The notes under the pieces: generated by a model
What the model was told of the DNA's origin: nothing
Databases searched by the model: none
What the model saw: only the letters and a program-made list of their open reading frames with translations
Position numbers and translations under genes: made by a program
Part shown: one piece after another, positions 61,001-64,000 of the stretch
How positions within the stretch are numbered: position 1 is the first letter of the stretch
Layout of the letters: every line of letters begins with the position of its first letter
Assembly (NCBI GenBank): GCA_017511805.1
Contig: JAFWJA010000015.1
Coordinates: forward strand, 323,098 to 387,097
Length of the DNA stretch: 64,000 bases
Origin: Bacilli bacterium
GTDB lineage: Bacteria; Bacillota_I; Bacilli_A; RF39; UBA660
Reading direction: 5' to 3'

Positions 61001-64000
61001 TAACTAACTCCTGTATTAATATTAATAGCTACATCAGATTCAGCGATTAAATATGCTGTTAAGAAATTCTTCTTATCTAATACTTCAGTATCTTCAAATA
61101 CTTGAGCATGATCTGCAAGTGCATTTAAATTACCATGATATCTATCAGTTATACCTTTTAAGATACCATCATAGAAATTAACATTTCCTGCAGTAATATA
61201 TAGACCATATGTATCACCTTTTAATACAGGTGAATCTATGTTAATAGTGCCATCATTCTTACCAAGTGTTAATGTATTAGTACTTCCTTTAGATACACCA
61301 AATGTTGCTCCTTCAATAACACCACCATTTATTTCTGTTTCTTTATAAGTAAATAAACCTACATCAGATAAACTTACTATATGACCACCATTAATAATTA
61401 ACTTACCTGAATTACTATTACTACTTGTTGTAGTCATACCTGTTGTATATCCAGTTATTTCTCCACCATTAATAGTAACGTTTGAAGTATTAATAACATA
61501 TATACCATTTGAAGTATCTGATGTTATTGTTCCACCATTAACAGTTAAACTACTGTCATTAATATAAATTGCATTTTTATTTATTGTATGAATAGTACTA
61601 TCATTAATAGCAACTGAACTAGTACTATAAATAGCTTCTTTATCAGTTGTACTAATAGAACCAGAATCTACTGTTAAAGTACCACTATTATTAATACCAT
61701 AACCTGTATCACTAGTAATAGTACATCCATCTATTGTAAGAGTACCAGTATTCTTAATACCATCTTTAGTTTCAGAATTAAATGTTCCACCTTTTATAGT
61801 AGTAGTACCAGAGTTTTCAATAACATTAGCACTTAAGTTATTTATACCACCAGATTCACTACCATTAAGTATAGTTACATTTCCTTGTATCTTTAATGGT
61901 TGTGTCATTATTAAACTATGACCATTTAAATCAAATGTAACTGTTTTACCTGAAGGTATACTTTGTGCATAATCAATATATGCATCTCTAATAACTGTAA
62001 TAGTTCCTTCAGTACCAGTTATTGCATTATATGCTTTATTTATAGAATTGAATTCTTCATTACCTACTCTTAAGAAGTTTCCTTTTTCAATTAAGTAATT
62101 AGTTTGATATTCTATTTTATTTATATAATCATAATCATTTTCAATTAAACTAGCTTCTGGAATTATATTAATAAGTCCACTATAACCAGAAGTAACACCT
62201 TTTAATACTCCATCATAGAAAGATGTATATGCTGTTGTAGTTAAACCATAATCAGTATGACCTATTATTTCAGGTTTATCTATATATATATTTCCATCAT
62301 CTTTACCTATTTGAATTTCTGCTGATGTATTAATACCATCTGTTGAACCTTCTATAGTACCTCCATAGATATTTAATTTACCTGTAGTATCACCAGTCAT
62401 ATTAATACCATTACCGTTAGTACCTACTATATGACCATCATTAACTGTTACTGTTTTATATGAACAATTATAATTTACATTTTTATTAGGACAATATAAT
62501 TCATTCTTAATACCTACTGTACCAGTTATTTCTCCACCACTTACTGTAATATCATTATGTGAATTAATAGCTATGTTATTAGTAGATGTAATTGTACCAC
62601 CTTGAATATCTATTTCTCCAAAGTAACTAGATATAGCATTATTTTCAGTTGAACTAATTGTTCCACCTGTTATAGTTATATCACCATAATCTCCATAGAT
62701 ACCATAATTAGTACTTGTTATAGTACCATCTGATATAGTAACTGATTCAGCACTATTTAAATTATTTATACCTATGTTACTAGTAGTAATAGTACCACCA
62801 GTTATTTCTAAAGTTTTACCATTATTAATACCAATCTTTGTATCAGTAATAGTAACATCATTAATAGTTAAACTATCATTATTAACAATTGCTACTTCTA
62901 CTGCTTTAACATTAGCGTTATTAATAATCATATCTTTGTTATTAACTATTGATATATCACCAGTACTATTATAATTACCACCATTAATAGTTAAACTATT
63001 ATTATTAGTTATACCTTCTACTCTTGTTGGATTAATGGAACCAGTTTGTTCAGTAGAACTATCTACTATTGTTAATATACTTTCATTTATTATTGTTTGA
63101 GTACTTGTAATAGTTTTACCATTTAGATCTAATGTAATATTCTTATCTTCTCCAAGAACAGTTTGAACAAATGTAATATCAACATCTCTTGTTACTATAA
63201 TTGTTCCACCATCAGATACTGCATCAGATGCTTCATCTAAACTATTATAGTAATTAGATCCAACTTGTAACCATGGTTCAAAATTATCAACATATTCTTT
63301 TTGATATGTAGTACCATCTATTTCTACTTCTGTTTTAAATACTGAACCTCCTGTTGGAGTACCAGTTATTGTTCCATAATGTGAATCTATTTCTCCAATT
63401 AATTCTCCATCATAGAAATTAACTTCTGTACCTTCACTATATAATCCATAAGATTCACCTTTTATACTAGGATTATTTGATACTATAGTTCCTTCATTAT
63501 CACCTAATGTAATTATTCCTTTATTATGAACACCATATGTTTCACCTTCAATAGTTCCTCCAGTAATAGTACCTTCTTTATTTACGGTAACACCAGCGCC
63601 TTCACTAGAAGAAACAGATCCATTACTCATAGTAAAGTTATCAGATATAATTCCATTTCCAGTTCCTGTTACTGTACCTCCAGTAATATTTGTTTTACCA
63701 TTTATTACTTTGTTCGGATTATTTGTATTAACATAAGTATAATCTTTAATTGCTGTACCATCTGATGTAACTGTTCCTCCTGTTACAGTTATATCATTTG
63801 AATCAATACCATATGTCTTGCCGTTAACAGTACCACCATTAATAGTAACTTTACCACCATTATTGTTATTAGTAGCTTCACTATATATTGCTGTACCTTC
63901 AGTAGATGTTACTAAACCACTATTAACAGTAACATTTAAACTATTAATAGTTGGTCCATTTGTTGAAGTAACTGTTCCACCATCAACTACTATTGTTCCA
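49006..64000 (-). CDS. Second giant surface protein. More than 4990 codons lie inside the window and the 5' end is beyond the 3' edge. It is built from right-handed beta-helix units with FYDG caps, single Listeria-Bacteroides repeats, and four tandem ~280-aa glycine-rich modules resembling the ALK/LTK glycine-rich domain. There is no C-terminal TM anchor.
   Basis: The open frame continues from the track start (ATG 63630) to 64000 with no in-frame stop (I checked every codon 63631-64000). The upstream translation ...GNGIISDNFT- is the same beta-helix repeat type. Confidence 0.85.
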   Translation of the reverse strand, partial: GTIVVDGGTVTSTNGPTINSLNVTVNSGLVTSTEGTAIYSEATNNNNGGKVTINGGTVNGKTYGIDSNDITVTGGTVTSDGTAIKDYTYVNTNNPNKVINGKTNITGGTVTGTGNGIISDNFTMSNGSVSSSEGAGVTVNKEGTITGGTIEGETYGVHNKGIITLGDNEGTIVSNNPSIKGESYGLYSEGTEVNFYDGELIGEIDSHYGTITGTPTGGSVFKTEVEIDGTTYQKEYVDNFEPWLQVGSNYYNSLDEASDAVSDGGTIIVTRDVDITFVQTVLGEDKNITLDLNGKTITSTQTIINESILTIVDSSTEQTGSINPTRVEGITNNNSLTINGGNYNSTGDISIVNNKDMIINNANVKAVEVAIVNNDSLTINDVTITDTKIGINNGKTLEITGGTITTSNIGINNLNSAESVTISDGTITSTNYGIYGDYGDITITGGTISSTENNAISSYFGEIDIQGGTITSTNNIAINSHNDITVSGGEITGTVGIKNELYCPNKNVNYNCSYKTVTVNDGHIVGTNGNGINMTGDTTGKLNIYGGTIEGSTDGINTSAEIQIGKDDGNIYIDKPEIIGHTDYGLTTTAYTSFYDGVLKGVTSGYSGLINIIPEASLIENDYDYINKIEYQTNYLIEKGNFLRVGNEEFNSINKAYNAITGTEGTITVIRDAYIDYAQSIPSGKTVTFDLNGHSLIMTQPLKIQGNVTILNGSESGGINNLSANVIENSGTTTIKGGTFNSETKDGIKNTGTLTIDGCTITSDTGYGINNSGTLTVDSGSISTTDKEAIYSTSSVAINDSTIHTINKNAIYINDSSLTVNGGTITSDTSNGIYVINTSNVTINGGEITGYTTGMTTTSSNSNSGKLIINGGHIVSLSDVGLFTYKETEINGGVIEGATFGVSKGSTNTLTLGKNDGTINIDSPVLKGDTYGLYITAGNVNFYDGILKGITDRYHGNLNALADHAQVFEDTEVLDKKNFLTAYLIAESDVAININTGVSYGNLQSAISEVGTNETIELLTNVPLYYDLTIPNNKTFTLNLKGYTISANKTITNNGNMTITNDAQTEASIKTSGSISIINNKNTLNISNVSLKNTSTSNYVINNEGTLNANNINVDSVSGITNSGNATINNSIVKANKIAVNNTSTLTINNGTYTGTNYSIYNNSNKEVNITGTTLTGVFYNSGTNETTCDTCTINSNIQNSTSTLTVSNSNINNSKITNTGTMSLIGSTYTNTIGSTSQSSLDTAISNSSTMTIDNTNILVNKSDVGKHSQAILNTKNLTIQNNSKINIGSLNNTYEYRGITNQGTGDITISDSEINVTGGSVAYGIYSNSANAKATILSGKIDVERAVNAYGVYANTGTFEMGHYEGTGGETADVSTTDPLIYVQGDRGIGVKKINGAFNFYDGIIEASKFAKPETTTNVEYQYEVTTYVDENTGFEYALLEYMGHDYQGDTVALLNGVYYSTVQDAIDKCEEGDTIKLLKSVSEDLVIPTGGYVTLDLNKHSITTKLINSGTFNVYNGSLQNFDKNTIINYGTVILGENDGNVSSSNIRIISETTTIVNEGNLIMYDGYIEGTKAVEGEINQIADYSRIRTEQDIQSEKKYLQSLSEEAIRNKETDLIITINPNYGVYDGSKDIREIYKKYEETYTLLTPTKRGCNFLGWEVNDPSVLSGTGTEQDPYVITVGLKDITVTAIWEIDENAVARIDTDYFLSVQEAFDEAKDGDTIELIKNVTEAESTNTKTVTLDLNDYTITGKVINNGDLTLINGTIENPNGTALDNRRNLTIGDNDGDMIEDNVKIIGTDIGLEQSGRFNFYDGYIEGDVALNGKVDKVPQGYFIYNYYNIDKDCQRVYLIGNPDNAVAETRVGGTQYFFRLQDAIDTATKTGYEIFIRRDNFEATYPLNVSENANILINTNGHSFSIGDTFTNNGTLKIYNSEETNTIINSASTINNNGTLTLENIKFHEKNSDNYAVLNNGDLILNDAELTTIDNYTIYTNGTVTTSGDTLIKSDNNYAIYNNQTETLTLESGTISGIDSPKNLTIGGTVVIDTSNNQDIYGINLHYSKVNFTMNDGEIKSYKTGIYSYLDAQNLKGNTITINDGKVTSTNESAINVRAYTTKSTNQYQDCPNTLTINAGEFKGKTFGLVASNGNYIYIHGGTFEHTSTSVSEHPIEIGTAYELVLENVTINTNNTDGVILSSCNVEKDAIINNVTINLAKNTSYTGITLSSNTNYKYILTNVNVSGGGSSSTGINIGSNNVYVYDCDIDVEGTGINVGGYTAYIMSGSIVGKSYGIRTSSNVTVVNIGDKSKEYSKEDPYISGGIYGVYAISGTIINFYNGLLRGSTYGFNMSLGELRRGKVVAEEIETIPEADIWNTNSTTNYSQTATSNYAKSGPGYAKITYIGETNETCTNNQEYTYGYTGNTAEFTVPCTGRYKLEVWGSASYSNRSYGGYSYGEIELTENEVLYITVGGQGQYKNSVSGTYVVKGGYNGGGDIYINDYTYTGSSSTRLTIYGSGGATHIATAPGLLSELEDNKDSILIVGGGGASGTIYGNGSYNEHYGGSGGGYMGGTPSIYYGTGGTQVGPGFDQSSSTEEGKGSFGRGADSYGTMGNAGGGGYYGGGSTKSVTVTSGGGSGYIANSRIENGIMYGYNVKALIRTYVRNYLEDREVFLRVGDEYFNSFADAVDAIDEEGTIYVIKDVELSEQSVIPLGKNITLDLDGNTLSMRSEFVNKGTFTIVDNSDDKTGKITNSLTRVIENKGTFTMDGIVVNSSKNVITSTTTGGKVNILNSKITTTANLINTNYNQVVVIDNSELTSNNEVVYNYGKGINLTIDNSTLTSNNSYGIYFNFTSGSSSTLNIKDSTLTGKNYAYYNYSSGSTTNFLFENSSFVANTYNAIYLSSGTNNGTFNNCNVESEKSTGLYLYSSGTVVFNGGTYKGVGTAVDVYAGGNYTFNSGTYEGTVSGLDIRTNAKVTIGDKDAELNKVDPVFIGQEYGVRVQYTGAVTSFYNGVLKGRKYGYSGTIVNLRQNHDIVEESSSSEEDLKTRTYSTTKVSSAATSDVAKTGNGYARITYLGEDIGLCYTNDVYDYEYINGEETFNVPCTGKYLLEVWGAGTSTSNTSNFPAAQGGYSQGEIELTQGETLYINVGGQGQILNSRTGTADGGYNGGGSVTNNWSSYQITSVSGGGATHIATASGQLYELENNKDSILIVAGGAGGGSYYSTSYNRGTGGAGGGYIANDGSVNTGTFANYGTGGTQTEGGHNNLHPEKGIGTFGKGADTTINVENRVYGGAGGGGWYGGGSGGTNDQSSTSVINDYSGGGGGSGYIGNPRLSNAHMTGYNVASNIWVLNYLSSRDGFLEVDGERYDNFDDAIDAIDANGTIKVVASASVPDAVTIPAGKNITLDLNNKKLVMSETFTNNSNLIITDSSEAKNGILQNIKTSGVANYKNLTVEYVTVSTLSTSSYNGAISNHVNGAVIDVRNNATIKSSSNPIYIDNGQNITLNVTDSTLEGSYGIYSNSYNSTISVYNTKINADYTSVYMNNGNGNNIVTINESDLIARTGRGYYDSTSKNTAERRNDVKIYNTSIKSGQSGIYFAYSDIDIDHVSIISRGSGSEYGIYCGTNATCDINDIEITNEVGTGIYTMVGLTITDASITAKDTGINVYSGDLNLTNVDITTTGNNTGYGIYAATYESNMVLNNTNISSKNIGVYIGNTQTSRKSLQFNTGSIIGELYGIYQNNEDSLVVIGNENDSVSIENPSIEGGLYSVYRLDGEVYFYSGILKGYIKGTPDSIDIIREGYEVYETTDEMQMYLQKYKNRNTEDVSAEPIANTAKEGNGYARITYEDNSVSIDPDDQIYENINCEDYIGREYTYLPTKSSQKFTSMCTGTYKLEVWGAQGGANGGYSAGYIDLSLGQELFVYVGTSGTNGGYNGGGSGPGTIMGGGATDIRLTSSLYSRIIVAGGGGGPGTASGGGAGGGESGSKGGGWNGYWSDAGDGGTQTGAGRNGSFGQGGSYVGGAGGGGWYGGGGSSMAQQGGGGGSGYVLTATSYKPSGYLVGSKYYMYDTTLLGGGSKVPSYDGTYTMTGNTGDGYAKITYIKRKANAKQIEVNLISSVGTIEDNTLIYNRGDALGNIPEPINTDSNLIFKGWYIDSDFSTKVTPETLVQNSMILYAKYAYSDAYCESLVNNVYLYDHTNGMQTLDIYCPGKYKLEVWGAQGGNTSYLGNSNTGGYGGYSVGEVYLDKNETLYIAVGGQGQSVDVEAPDGCTTQSCRKMTYSTTYGYNGGGYAAGQYNSSTMKYNGVYAGGGGATSIATNPNTLRYLTGAENAILIVAGGGGGSSTHELYPDYSGDGGHAGGLTAGNAKSMNGVCENYGNGATTNRPGTYTKCRYATMTNANTGQIYPSFGFGSNKTNNSNNYMSGGGSGFYGGAAGYYGPAGGGTGFIGNPRLINKTMYAYESEDNYTQDYSNIAYLVESSYTIHNKTQDKTYNNIQQAFNEVNDDDVIELLDDTILSHESYIYDGVRLTLDLNGHTLRTFKPINNSGDLTITSELTNSIINSRSSESSIINNGTLNISNIEIIGDTAIKNDTNGIMTIDNIDLDVDNIGIINNGKMTLTNSTIKGDLYAIYSNSSDLENISNCTLTSRQIAYYKYSTERTTITNTNINGQISNAKTNAELIINGGTITKFIDNAGNTTIDGTTITYQTTSEGNEVTITNTGILSISNSTISHTNANNYYETDITISTIDNSGTLISTDNEYILTHNLNNERNKKLNVIHNTSILNSTRDKFTVSGAEIASAIDSNSENTSNVTNATIKAYNSNNAYGLYSTSGSIRMTGGTIETYNSKYAGGVYSVDGSPVLNNVNISVHDTESASYGLYAEGGEITIETGSIHASGNIAYGIYITRGSVVLGIEDGRGTENADVSITNPYIEAIGTTTGIGISQGNGTFKFYDGYIIGSTSPRVNGDITTATDKNYQVVTKIDELTGYNYCILEFMK
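50600..51420 (-). repeat. Glycine-rich module D (CPGKYKLEVWGAQGG ... LYIAVGGQGQ ... GGGGATSIAT ... ILIVAGGGGGS ... GGGSGFYGGAAGYYGPAGGGTGFIGNPRL).
   Basis: Read directly. Confidence 0.6.
51690..52500 (-). repeat. Glycine-rich module C (GNGYARITY ... CTGTYKLEVWGAQGG ... GGGATDIRLT ... IIVAGGGGGPG ... GGAGGGGWYGGGGS ... GGGGGSGYVL ... GDGYAKITY).
   Basis: Read directly. Confidence 0.6.
53950..54820 (-). repeat. Glycine-rich module B (GNGYARITY ... CTGKYLLEVWGAG ... LYINVGGQGQ ... GGGATHIATA ... ILIVAGGAGGG ... GGAGGGGWYGGGSGG ... GGGGGSGYIGNPRL).
   Basis: Read directly. Confidence 0.6.
55960..56830 (-). repeat. Glycine-rich module A: ...GPGYAKITY ... EFTVPCTGRYKLEVWGSAS..GGYSYGEIEL..LYITVGGQGQ ... 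GGATHIATA ... ILIVGGGGASG ... GGGGYYGGGS ... GGGSGYIANSRI.
   Basis: Read directly. Local GC spike from GGN codons. Confidence 0.6.

Noticed and set aside
50165-63765. Plus-strand ORFs inside the second giant gene (50165-50401, 51207-51413, 51840-52052, 53684-53950, 55712-55918, 60719-60925, 62774-62974, 63526-63765) and minus-strand out-of-frame ORFs (49740-49925, 51861-52172, 59628-59810).
   Set aside because: They are antisense or out-of-frame to the long ORF. The 51840-52172 pair falls in a GC spike created by GGN (glycine) codons of module C. No RBS or partner evidence.

Overview
This is a very AT-rich (roughly 75% A+T by eye) low-GC Gram-positive (Firmicutes/Erysipelotrichia-like) chromosomal window. 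The genetic code is standard: TGA is not read through in the 15-kb ORFs. Almost all genes are on the minus strand.

Housekeeping content:
- A heat-shock cluster, hrcA-grpE-dnaK-[pepF]-dnaJ. It has a near-consensus CIRCE operator overlapping a TTGACA-17-TAATAT promoter. grpE carries an in-frame TAA.
- lepA-hemW, rpsT, miaA, mutL, uvrC, a SpoIIP-like amidase and a transglutaminase-like protease.
- A ClpB-type standalone AAA+ module containing only the first nucleotide-binding domain.
- A miniaturised triosephosphate-isomerase-like protein.

Accessory content:
- Two giant repeat-built surface proteins, each about 15 kb or more. One has 4995 codons and a C-terminal TM anchor. The other is a partial gene of more than 4990 codons that runs off the 3' edge of the window. 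Both are built from right-handed beta-helix units closed by a recurring FYDG cap motif. Other domains include Listeria-Bacteroides repeats, a LamG-like domain, and four tandem poly-glycine modules that resemble the ALK/LTK glycine-rich domain.
- Immediately downstream of the partial giant gene is a tightly packed 10-gene minus-strand cluster (about 41.8-49.0 kb). I interpret it as an undescribed SipW/TasA-like secretion-fibre system. It has two paralogous polytopic membrane proteins fused to a C-terminal SipW-type (S26B) signal-peptidase domain. One retains the catalytic residues; the other has every catalytic position substituted (a pseudo-peptidase). It also has three paralogous TasA/camelysin-like secreted beta-sandwich proteins with SipW-cognate-like signal peptides, and two further paralogous pairs of small membrane-anchored proteins.
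- A KilA-N protein, a Bro-N/DinD-like protein, an XRE-TM regulator with a DUF4097 partner, a DUF4116-repeat protein with 90-bp tandem repeats, and a chimeric miaA'/SGNH' duplication relic.

No rRNA, tRNA, CRISPR array or transposase was recognised. Coordinates derived by hand may be off by 1-3 nt.
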